Positions 1-10,344 of a stretch of DNA of 64,000 nt are shown here, piece by piece. Position numbers and translations under genes: made by a program. Below the pieces are notes generated by a model. The model searched no databases and was not told the origin of the DNA. It worked only from the letters and a program-made list of their open reading frames with translations. Position 1 is the first letter of the stretch, and each line of letters starts with the position of its first letter. The DNA is taken from the NCBI GenBank assembly GCA_039586795.1, contig JBDHJS010000006.1, forward strand, positions 96,001 to 160,000. Direction: 5' to 3'. The stretch is from Gemmatimonadota bacterium (lineage in GTDB: Bacteria > Gemmatimonadota > Gemmatimonadetes > Palauibacterales > KS3-K002).

Positions 1-114
1 CTCGCCTGGACCGTCCAGGCCGGCAATCCCAAGCGCGTGGTACTCGAGGCGCAGTTCGAATCCACCCAGGGTAACACGCTAGCCGACACGGTCGTCTTTT
101 ACGTCCCAAAATGA
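1..114 (+). CDS. 3' end of a probable minor pilin (PilV-like), truncated by the window edge
   Basis: Frame 1 is open from base 1 (LAWTVQAGNPKRVVLEAQF...YVPK*). Its TGA overlaps the ATG of the next pilin gene (ATGA). Product is inferred from context only. Confidence 0.5.
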   Translation, partial: LAWTVQAGNPKRVVLEAQFESTQGNTLADTVVFYVPK

Positions 115-935
115 AGCGCCAGATCCCGCTGAGATCGCGGGGATTCACTATCGTCGAGGTCCTGGTCGCCATGACCCTGACCGGGATTGTCGTCGCCGGT
201 ACGCTCCGTGCACTCACCGCCCAGAAGAGATTCTACGCCCGCCAGGCTCGCATCCTGGATGCTCGTCATGCCATGCGGGCCTCGGCGACGATACTGGCGT
301 CCGAGTTCCGGGATGCCAGCGCCGTGGGCGGCGACTTGTACAGCATCGACTCGGACAGCGTCGGACTCCGCTCCACCGTCGGCTTTGCGGTCGTATGTGG
401 GATCGACATCGGTACCGGCCGTTTGTCGCTCAAGCATGCTTCGGGGCACTTCAGGACGGCCAACGCGGACAGCGTCCTGGTGTACGTCGAGAATTCCCAA
501 AGCGACTCCGACGATACCTGGCTAGCGGCGCCCGTTGTTTCCATCTCGACCTCTGGGCCGGCTTGCGCCGACGCGTCCACCGCCGACCGACATATCTATG
601 TTACTGGGTCGCTGGCCGGCGTTTGGGTTGGCGCCCCGCTTCGGCTGTTCCACCCCTACGTATACGCGCTGTTCGAGATGGACGGTCGCTGGTGGCTGGG
701 CCGCCGCAATCGGGGCGATGGGCCGGATTACGTTCCTGTCGCCGGACCGCTGGCGCCACCGGGCGATGACGGGCTTGAGCTCGCCTATTACGACTACCAG
801 ACGCGCCTCGTCACGACGGACCGAACCAGGGTGGGTCGCGTCGAGATCTCCGTCCGCGCGCCCACGAACCGCACGCTGAGCGATCCCGCCTATCGCGATC
901 TCAGCACCGCGACTTTCTTGCGGAACAATCGCTGA
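111..935 (+). CDS. Type IV minor pilin, PilW-like, with prepilin N-terminal cleavage/methylation motif
   Basis: N-terminus RG-FTIVEVLVAMTLTGIVVAG matches the class III signal (G|F, Glu5). Lies directly upstream of PilX-like genes. Confidence 0.8.
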   Translation: MKRQIPLRSRGFTIVEVLVAMTLTGIVVAGTLRALTAQKRFYARQARILDARHAMRASATILASEFRDASAVGGDLYSIDSDSVGLRSTVGFAVVCGIDIGTGRLSLKHASGHFRTANADSVLVYVENSQSDSDDTWLAAPVVSISTSGPACADASTADRHIYVTGSLAGVWVGAPLRLFHPYVYALFEMDGRWWLGRRNRGDGPDYVPVAGPLAPPGDDGLELAYYDYQTRLVTTDRTRVGRVEISVRAPTNRTLSDPAYRDLSTATFLRNNR

Positions 936-946
936 GGAACTCGAGC

Positions 947-2110
947 ATGGTGCGGATCCCGAATCGACTGAAGGATAAGGGCGGTTTTGCCCTCGCCATG
1001 GCGATCTTCGCGCTGGTCCTTTTGGCCGCCGTCGTGGCCGGCGGTTACTTCTCAGCCTCCCAAGAATTCCATATCGGTCGCGGCATGCGGAGCCTCACCA
1101 CCAGCATCTACGCCGGAGAGGGCGGAATCCTCGAGGCCATCGACGATTGGGATGGAGAAGCGACCTTCGCGCTGGCGCCGGGTGACACGCTCACCATCGG
1201 CCCGGTCACTTTCGAGGGTGGCGGTAGCTACATCACCAACATCATCCGCGTGGGCAGCGCCGCCGACTCGGTCAAGCGTTACTTCTATATCGAGGCGATA
1301 GGCCGGCCGCCGTTGCCCAGCATGGGCGAACGTCGTCAGGCCATGGTTGTCCGGGCCGGCAACCCGAAGTTCTGCTGCGATGGCGCCATACGGGTGAGCA
1401 ATACCCTGGCTTTCGCGGGCGGGGGGGAGCCGCGAATCTATGGCAATGACAACAAGATCACGGCGTGGGGAACGATCTGTGATGCCTACTCCTTCTCGGA
1501 TACAACAGGAGTCGTCATCAACGACTCTCTGCTGATTAACAACACGTCACTCATCGACGGCGTACCGCCGATTTCGGAAGACTACCCAGCACTGCCTGAG
1601 AACCAGATCGCCTTCCCGGGCTATACCTGGGATGATCTGGTTGCTCTCGCGGACCACCACTACTCGAGCGGCGATCACAGTGTGAACGGCTCGTCTATGT
1701 CGCTGGACGTGAATGGCGACTGCGATCGCAGCGACCCCCAAAATTTCGGCGCCCCGCACAGTCCAAGTCACCCGTGCTTCAATTACTTCCCCATCATTCA
1801 CGTGGGGAACAACGGCAGCGGTCGCCTGACACTGGGGAACGGTGTCGCCCAGGGCATCTTCCTGATAGAGAACGATCTTACTCTGGTCGGTCCGATCGAC
1901 TTCTATGGGATTGCCCTGGTCCGCGATGACATCACGATGCAGGGACCCAGCACGTTCTATGGGTACGCCTGGGCGGCGGATGACGCTAACCTCACCGGCT
2001 CTACACCACGCTTGTACCTGAGCCGCTGCGCCGTCGAGCGGGCGATCGGCCTCTCGAACCTGGCGCGCCCCAAACCGGTCGACCAGCGGGCCTGGGCAGA
2101 ACTGTTTTAG
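947..2110 (+). CDS. PilX-like minor pilin (copy 1)
   Basis: KGG-FALAMAIFALVLLAA class III signal lacking Glu5, typical of PilX/GspK. AGEGG helix motif, Cys-containing beta-rich C-terminus ending RAWAELF. Confidence 0.7.
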   Translation: MVRIPNRLKDKGGFALAMAIFALVLLAAVVAGGYFSASQEFHIGRGMRSLTTSIYAGEGGILEAIDDWDGEATFALAPGDTLTIGPVTFEGGGSYITNIIRVGSAADSVKRYFYIEAIGRPPLPSMGERRQAMVVRAGNPKFCCDGAIRVSNTLAFAGGGEPRIYGNDNKITAWGTICDAYSFSDTTGVVINDSLLINNTSLIDGVPPISEDYPALPENQIAFPGYTWDDLVALADHHYSSGDHSVNGSSMSLDVNGDCDRSDPQNFGAPHSPSHPCFNYFPIIHVGNNGSGRLTLGNGVAQGIFLIENDLTLVGPIDFYGIALVRDDITMQGPSTFYGYAWAADDANLTGSTPRLYLSRCAVERAIGLSNLARPKPVDQRAWAELF

Positions 2111-2186
2111 AGCTTGGATACTCCCTGCTACCGCAGCCTTGACACCGACGCTAAAATAGAAGGCACTCCCAAAGGCGAATCGGTGC

Positions 2187-3335
2187 ATGGCTGGCTTTCC
2201 CGCACGGCTCAAAGATACGAACGGCTTCGCTCTGGCGATCGCGGTCTTCGCGCTCGTCTTATTGGCGGCGATCGTGGCGGCTGGGTACTTCTCCGCTACC
2301 CAGGAAACCCAGATCGGCCGCGGCATGCGAAGCCTGACCACCAGCATCTACGCGGGCGAAGCGGGTATCTACGAAGTTCTGCAGAATTGGGACGCCACTG
2401 TCTATGTCGACCTCCAACCCGGTGACTCCCAAACCGTCGGCCCCGTCGACCTCGAGGGCGGTGGCGGATACCAGGCCAACGTCATCCGGGTAGGCCAGGC
2501 GGCTGATTCCGTAAAACGCTACTTCTACGTCGAAGCGGTCGGCAACACGCCGCTCCCCACCCTCGGCGCTCGCCGCCAGGCGATGGTGGTGCGGGCCAGC
2601 TACCCCAACATCTGCTGCGACGCGGCGCTCAAGGTGAATGGAGACGACCTCGACTTCGCTGTCTCAGGCTTCGACCAGAAGATCGACGGTCACGATTACA
2701 GGCCCTCGGCTTGGGGCGCCATCTGTGATGCGTTCCCGATAACCGACACGACCGGCGTGATCATCCCGGACACCATGAGGATCAACCGCCGCGAGCTGAT
2801 CGATGGGGTGCCGCCCATCGTTCAGGACCCCAGCTTGGTGGAGGGGCAGATCTTCTTCGATGGCTACACCTGGGCCGACCTGGCTGCGCTGGCCGACCAT
2901 AGCTTCACCGGCAACAAGACGTTCGTTGGATCCAGCAAATCGGTGGTGAACGGCGAATGCGATAGGGAAGACCCGAACAATCTCGGCGCCCCTGACGACC
3001 CTGGCCACGCGTGCTTCAACTACTTCCCGATCATCCATGTCGGGAACAGCCTCGTCTTCAGCATCGGGGCGGTGCAGGGGATCTTCCTCGTCGAGGGCGA
3101 TGTCTCCGTCATCGGTCCGGTCACCGTCTACGGGATCATCCTCCTCAAGGACGACCTCTTCGTGTCCCTGCCGGCAACGGTTTACGGGTACGGTTGGGTG
3201 GGCGACGATGCGAACTTCGCCGGCTTCCGCCCCGATTGGTTTCTCAGCACCTGCGCCGCCAAGCGCGCCGTACTTTACTCCAACATCACACGCCCGGTCC
3301 CCGTCGCCCAGCGAGCGTGGACGGAGCTCTTCTAG
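2187..3335 (+). CDS. PilX-like minor pilin (copy 2, tandem paralogue)
   Basis: NG-FALAIAVFALVLLAA signal. Shares long blocks with copy 1 (IGRGMRSLTTSIYAGE, DSVKRYFY, CCD, CFNYFPIIHVGN, RAWxELF). Confidence 0.7.
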   Translation: MAGFPARLKDTNGFALAIAVFALVLLAAIVAAGYFSATQETQIGRGMRSLTTSIYAGEAGIYEVLQNWDATVYVDLQPGDSQTVGPVDLEGGGGYQANVIRVGQAADSVKRYFYVEAVGNTPLPTLGARRQAMVVRASYPNICCDAALKVNGDDLDFAVSGFDQKIDGHDYRPSAWGAICDAFPITDTTGVIIPDTMRINRRELIDGVPPIVQDPSLVEGQIFFDGYTWADLAALADHSFTGNKTFVGSSKSVVNGECDREDPNNLGAPDDPGHACFNYFPIIHVGNSLVFSIGAVQGIFLVEGDVSVIGPVTVYGIILLKDDLFVSLPATVYGYGWVGDDANFAGFRPDWFLSTCAAKRAVLYSNITRPVPVAQRAWTELF

Positions 3336-3350
3336 GCCAGCCCGCTAGCT

Positions 3351-3899
3351 TCAGACCTCCAGACTCATCGACAACGCCCGACATATCTGGTCCGGCAGGT
3401 CATTCCGATTGTCCTCGGCCACTTCGATGATCTTTACGCTCGAGTGCCGTTTCAGTGAGTCCAGCCTCGCATGACGCCCCGCCATGATTGTCCCCAGTAT
3501 CGCTGCCCGCGACGCGGCGATCAGCGGTACCAGCAGGGCAGAGAACCGCTCGCTGAACAGCTCCATCTTGCCGATCTCGTCCACGACGAGCACCGGCGCC
3601 CCCTCCCTCAGACCTTCCTCCAGCGCCCCAACCCCCAACTCCTCGAAAGAAGCCACGTCCACCCCATACCGTCCCACCCGCGGCCCCTCAGCTCCCACAC
3701 GCGCCAACCGGCCGCGCTCCCCACCCAGCGTCACCACATCGAACCCCACACGCCGCCCCCTGTCGCGAACCTCCTCCGTATAGAAGCCCGCACACCGCTC
3801 AACCCCGACCAGTTCCACCGCCCGCTTCACCACCGTCGTCTTCCCACACCCCGGCCGACCGGTCAACAAAATCCTCGGCTTCGATTGACCCGTGTCCAC
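3351..3899 (-). CDS. Nucleoside-triphosphatase (THEP1/HCR-NTPase, NTPase_1 family)
   Basis: Walker A GRPGCGKT, the GFYTEEVR...RVGF motif and Walker B VVDEIGKME are diagnostic of this family. Confidence 0.88.
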   Translation of the reverse strand: MDTGQSKPRILLTGRPGCGKTTVVKRAVELVGVERCAGFYTEEVRDRGRRVGFDVVTLGGERGRLARVGAEGPRVGRYGVDVASFEELGVGALEEGLREGAPVLVVDEIGKMELFSERFSALLVPLIAASRAAILGTIMAGRHARLDSLKRHSSVKIIEVAEDNRNDLPDQICRALSMSLEV

Positions 3900-3900
3900 T

Positions 3901-3964
3901 CAAGCCCCCTAATCCCAACCCAAGATTCCACTCCCCGACCCTCTCAAGCCCCGAATCCCAGAAT
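3901..3964. repeat. Degenerate C-rich short-period repeat (CCC[A/G]AT-like units)
   Basis: caagccccct aatcccaacc caagattcca ... caagccccgaatcccagaat. Similar tracts at ~15110-15140 and ~43700-43880. Confidence 0.45.
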
Positions 3965-4004
3965 AACAAATAAACGAGCATCCCGGGCCCACGGGATGCT
4001 CGTT
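3961..4004 (-). terminator. Intrinsic terminator on the minus strand
   Basis: Perfect 13-bp stem aacgagcatcccg (3973-3985) / cgggatgctcgtt (3992-4004) with a 6-nt loop, followed on the minus strand by TATTTGTTATTC. Confidence 0.7.
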
Positions 4005-4216
4005 AGGGTGAGAATGTGCGTCTTGTAGGCGTCTTCCAGCGTGGAGCCGCTGCAGATTCTGGACGGAACGGAAGAAACTGCCTCAAAAAAAGAACGGAGC
4101 CTCTGAGTCGCCCTCCCCCGCCGTTTTCCCTGTCCGGCTAAGACGCTCGAGACTCCGCTCTTCACCCGTTGCATTTCGCAAGGGGCGTTCCCAAAAGGGG
4201 CCAAACAACGTAAGTG

Positions 4217-4225
4217 ATTATATCA
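4217..4225 (-). promoter_or_regulatory. Candidate extended -10 promoter element (TGnTATAAT)
   Basis: Minus strand reads TGATATAAT, an exact extended -10 consensus in a high-GC background. No clear -35 element. Confidence 0.4.
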
Positions 4226-4533
4226 CAACAGCTTGGGCGAAAAGCGAGGTCGCGCTCCCGCTCCCAATATCGGATACTTTTTGCACATTGCCGGCAATCT
4301 TTACCATCTTCACCCGTCGATGGAGCCAAGTGCTTCGCCCTCACGGAGTTAGTCCGCTTCGCCACCCGCCCGAAAACCGCATGGCCGCGCCGCTCTCACG
4401 GAAACCTACCCCGACAAGCTGATGTTAGTAACTTATACGGACTCGTTATCGAAAGCCGGTAGCAATGCAAATGTTTGCCTTGAACAGTGTTGAGTCGTAG
4501 CGCTTTCAGGGCTCACGAGGAGGCGAATGCACC

Positions 4534-5003
4534 GTGAATAAGAAGCTCTCGCTGGCCATCGGGGTCTTGGTGGTTGTAGTGATCTTCGGATACTTCGCGT
4601 TCGGTGGTCTCGGCCGCAGCCTGGTCTACTTCTGGACGCCCTCGGAGCTCCTGGCCGAGGGGGATGCCGCGTACGGCACGTCTGTGAGGTTGGGCGGCAT
4701 GGTCGAGCCGGGGAGCGTACGCTGGAATCCGGAGACCCAGGATCTGCGATTTCGACTCGTGGATGACGGCGCCATCGTCGAGGTACAGAGCGCCGGTGTA
4801 CCGCCGCAGATGTTCCTGGAGGCTGCCGAGCATCAGCAGGCGATCGGCGCGGTGGTCGAGGGTTCACTGACGCGTGAGGGCGTCTTCCGGGCCACCAATC
4901 TGATGGTCAAGCATTCCGAGGAGTATCGAGCTCCCCAGCACGAGGGGGACCGGACGGAGTACTACCGGGATCTGTTCGAAGAGCAGGGTGCGGAGACCGG
5001 ATC

Positions 5004-5007
<4 letters not shown>
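4534..5007 (+). CDS. ccmE: Cytochrome c maturation heme chaperone CcmE
   Basis: N-terminal TM, YFWTPSE, RLGGMV..GSV and heme-binding KHSEEY (HxxxY). First gene of the ccm operon. Confidence 0.92.
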
Positions 5008-7024
<2,017 letters not shown>

Positions 7025-7025
<1 letters not shown>

Positions 7026-7660
7026 TGCTGAAAAAGATGATGATTCCAGCGGCCGTCACGATTCCGATCATCGCGCTGCTCTACTACGGTATGCAGCGCG
7101 ATGTGCGAAATGTTGAGTCGCCGTTGCCGGGACGCGCCGCGTTCGACTTCACAGCGGCCACGCTGGATGGAGACACGCTGAGCCTGTCCGATCTGGAGGG
7201 CAAGGTTGTCGTGCTCAACTTCTGGGCCTCCTGGTGCGTCGCCTGTATCGACGAGCACAGGGTCTTTGTAGAGGCCGAGCGGTATTACGCCGACCAGGAC
7301 TTTCAGATGCTGGGCGTCGTCTACCAGGACGGCCCCGCGAACGCGCAGCGCTGGATGCGTCAGCGCGGCGGCAACTGGCCCAGCTTGATCGACCAAAACT
7401 CGCGCATCGCCATCGACTACGGCGTCTATGGTGTTCCCGAAACGTATTTCATCTCCAAAGATGGGCGTATCGCCTACAAACAGATCGGCCCGGTCAGCGG
7501 TCCCATGATGCAGATGTGGGTCGATCGCCTGCTCAATGAACTGCCGGGTTCCGAAGTGACGGCGACCGATGTCGAGGTCCCGGAGGGCCGCAGCGAGGGC
7601 CACGTGAGCGAGGTCCCGGCGTCAGCCGCGGATCAGCAGAGTGGGGGGGACCAGCCTTGA
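7025..7660 (+). CDS. ccmG: Thiol:disulfide oxidoreductase CcmG/DsbE (TlpA-like)
   Basis: LNFWASWCVAC thioredoxin motif and YGVYGVPETYFI. The ATG at 7025 overlaps the ccmF stop, so the start is moved from the ORF-track 6884. Confidence 0.88.
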
Positions 7661-8139
7661 GCGTACGTCGATTCGCGATGCTGATCGTCATCGGGCTGGC
7701 GGTCGGACTCCTCAACGGACCACAACTCCCGGCGCAGCAGCAGGGTGCCACGGCCCAGGCCGAGCAGGTGGAGTACGACGCCGAGTTGGAAGCGCAGGTG
7801 AGAGAGCTCGCCGCCAAGTTGCGCTGTCCGACCTGCCGTGCATTGTCGGTTCAGGATTCACCTTCCGGTATGGCGCAGGAGATGCGCGACCTGATTCGTG
7901 AGCAACTCGTTTCGGGCAAGACGCCCGATGAGGTCACAGCCTATTTCGTCGACCGATACGGCGAGTGGATCTTGCTGAAACCGAAGGCCTCCGGGTTCAA
8001 CTGGACGGTCTGGCTGCTGCCCATTCTCATGCTGGCCGGCGGCCTGTTCTTCGTCTTCCTCACCGCCCGGCGTTGGGTAGAAGCTGGTAAAGCTCAGACA
8101 GAAGCACTTGGCGAGGACGTTGACGCTGGAGAGATCTAG
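7657..8139 (+). CDS. ccmH: Cytochrome c biogenesis protein CcmH/CycL
   Basis: LRCPTC motif, YFVDRYGEWILLKP and a C-terminal TM. Confidence 0.92.
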   Translation: MSVRRFAMLIVIGLAVGLLNGPQLPAQQQGATAQAEQVEYDAELEAQVRELAAKLRCPTCRALSVQDSPSGMAQEMRDLIREQLVSGKTPDEVTAYFVDRYGEWILLKPKASGFNWTVWLLPILMLAGGLFFVFLTARRWVEAGKAQTEALGEDVDAGEI

Positions 8140-8142
8140 ATA

Positions 8143-9105
8143 ATGGGAATGACGGAGTTCCTCCTGGTCGTCGCCGTCGGCGGCGGTATCATAGCCGTCC
8201 TCTTCGCCACCTTCCGTGGCGCCGCGGGCGACCCCGAAACGGAAACCTCTGAAGCCGCAGCCGAACACGTCGACGGAGACGAGGCTCTGGTAGGGCTTGC
8301 CGAGCAACGGGAGGCCGTGCTTCGCTCGATGGAGGAGATCGAGGCGGACTTCGAGGCCGGCAACCTGTCGGAAGAAGATTTTCGCTCGCTCCACGCCAGG
8401 TACCAGAAGCAAGCGGCGGCTCTCGGCCAGCGGATGGGTTCGGCCAGCGCGGGAGAACCTGCCTCAGGAGCACCGGCGGCCGCGTCTGCGGCTCAGGGCT
8501 CGTGGGTGACGTCGGCGATCGGATGGGCCGCTGGCGGCGTCGCCTTCGCCGCCCTCGCCTGGCTGGTCATGTCACAGGCTCTCAGCCCCCGCGGACCGGA
8601 TGGAGTGATGACCGGGTCGATTCCGGGTCAGGGGATGGGTGGGAGCGCGACGGGAACGACGCCGATCGCCGACGTGGACATGAGTCAGCTTGCCGCCCTC
8701 GAAGGTGTCGTGGCCAGCGATTCGACCAACGTCGAAGCGCTCGTCGAGGTTGGCCATCTCTATCTAACACTCCAGCGCTACGGGGAAACGACCCAGGTGA
8801 CCATGAAGGCGCTTGAGCTCGACCCCGATAATCCCGAGGCGCTGACACACCTCGGAATGATCTTGATGTCGGTCGAGCACGTCGCCGATGCGATAGGCGC
8901 TTTCGATCGTGCCCTCGCCATCGATCCAACGTTCGGCGAGGCGCTTCAGTTCAAAGGGATGGTTTCGTTCGTCAATCAGGACTTCGCTGGCGCCGTCGAG
9001 GCGTGGGAGCGCTACATCGAAGTCGTCCCCGAAGGCGAACAGTCGCCGCGAGTCAAGGCGATGCTCGGCATGGCGCGGGCAAGCGCCGCCGAGCAAGGTC
9101 AATAA
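8143..9105 (+). CDS. ccmI: TPR-containing cytochrome c biogenesis protein CcmI/CycH-like
   Basis: N-terminal TM, EIEADFEAGNLSEEDF helix, a second TM and C-terminal TPR repeats. Follows ccmH. Confidence 0.75.
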   Translation: MGMTEFLLVVAVGGGIIAVLFATFRGAAGDPETETSEAAAEHVDGDEALVGLAEQREAVLRSMEEIEADFEAGNLSEEDFRSLHARYQKQAAALGQRMGSASAGEPASGAPAAASAAQGSWVTSAIGWAAGGVAFAALAWLVMSQALSPRGPDGVMTGSIPGQGMGGSATGTTPIADVDMSQLAALEGVVASDSTNVEALVEVGHLYLTLQRYGETTQVTMKALELDPDNPEALTHLGMILMSVEHVADAIGAFDRALAIDPTFGEALQFKGMVSFVNQDFAGAVEAWERYIEVVPEGEQSPRVKAMLGMARASAAEQGQ

Positions 9106-9145
9106 TTCGCATCACGGTTAGCTTGCGACGTGAGGAGGGGAAGGG

Positions 9146-9739
9146 GTGCGTAACACACTCGCAGTCGCCGTCGGATTGGCAGTCCTCTTCAGCCTACCGA
9201 ATAGCGCGGAGGCGCAGCGCTTCGGTGGCACGTTCGGCGGTGGAGCCGCCTTCTGGCTCGTCTATGTCGACCCCGGTATCAACACCGAGGACAGCTTCGA
9301 TCGCGATATCGGCAACGTTGTGGCCCTGGGCGCCCGCGCCTTCTTCCAGACCGGTCGCGCGCGACTCGGCGCTGGCTTCTTCAGCGGCGGCTTCACCGAC
9401 GAAGGGACGAACGACGCCGGTAACAAGGTGACGGGAAGCCTGTCTTCCGGAGGCTTCATCGCCGAGTATCTCGCCCTGCAGACGAACTTCGAGATCGCCG
9501 TCGGCGGCATGGCTGGAGGTGGCTCCATTACGGTCGAGGAGCATATCTCTTCCTCCGGAGACCTCGAGAACCTGTTGCGGCGTCGCACATCCTACTTCGC
9601 CGCCTACCCGTGGGTGAGGTTCGCCTACAACCCGGCGCCGCTCGTCAACGTGGGTATCGATCTGGGCTACTACTTCGGCACCAACGATGTGGGGGGATTC
9701 GCCGTTGGTCTCGACATCGTGGTTGGCCTGATCCCTTAA
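9146..9739 (+). CDS. Secreted protein, probable small outer-membrane beta-barrel
   Basis: Signal peptide (AEA|Q), Gly/aromatic amphipathic beta-strands, strong RBS GAGGAG upstream. Confidence 0.6.
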   Translation: MRNTLAVAVGLAVLFSLPNSAEAQRFGGTFGGGAAFWLVYVDPGINTEDSFDRDIGNVVALGARAFFQTGRARLGAGFFSGGFTDEGTNDAGNKVTGSLSSGGFIAEYLALQTNFEIAVGGMAGGGSITVEEHISSSGDLENLLRRRTSYFAAYPWVRFAYNPAPLVNVGIDLGYYFGTNDVGGFAVGLDIVVGLIP

Positions 9740-10133
9740 AGCCCCGCATACCCTACTCCGTCCGCCCCTTCGCAAAGGGAACCTTCGGGTAGTTTCGGTG
9801 GTTTAACTATTGACGGGGCAGACGAGCCATCTCGGCACCGCGTGAGGTAGATTTACTTCCCTTTTCTCCCGGGCCTTACGCGGGTGTCTTGCCCCGTCCC
9901 TTCCTTCCCAGCCGATATCTTTCCTTTGAGACGGACTCACATACTGTTCTGCTTCCGCGAATACCCGATTCCAGATTGCCAGGCCCTCTTCCTGCTCTGA
10001 CCGTCGATCATTCCCCGCTCTTAGGGTTTCCGCACTTCTAGCACTATATTTGTGGCCAGATTCATACCGGAGACCTGCCATCTTGGCCGGCCGTGAGGCG
10101 GCTTCGGAGATCAGCAGGGGAGGAGGCGGACAG

Positions 10134-10322
10134 ATGGACAATGCGATTCGCCGTATCTTTATGTTCCTGCTCGGCGTCTCACTCGGGTACTGTACCGGCT
10201 TCCAGGACGCCAGGAAGAACGAGCACAACGTCATCGTCCGCATGGTTCATCGCGTGCAGGCGTTTGGCGAATCGACCGTCAGCGAGCGCGAGCAAGCAGT
10301 GGAAGACGCCGTAGGGCAATAG
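10134..10322 (+). CDS. Small membrane-anchored hypothetical protein (62 aa)
   Basis: ATG at 10134 preceded by GGAGGAGG. Hydrophobic N-terminus followed by GYCTGFQDAR. Confidence 0.6.
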   Translation: MDNAIRRIFMFLLGVSLGYCTGFQDARKNEHNVIVRMVHRVQAFGESTVSEREQAVEDAVGQ

Positions 10323-10344
10323 TCGCCTCGGCCGCTATCGTCGT

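Noticed and set aside
2139..2157. TTGACA and TAAAAT between the PilX paralogues as an internal sigma70 promoter
   Set aside because: The spacer is only 7 bp, far from the required ~17.
4085..4165. Long hairpin as SRP (4.5S) or 6S RNA
   Set aside because: It lacks the SRP CAGG...GGAA...AGCAG core and is too short, with no central bubble, for 6S. Kept as an unknown candidate RNA.
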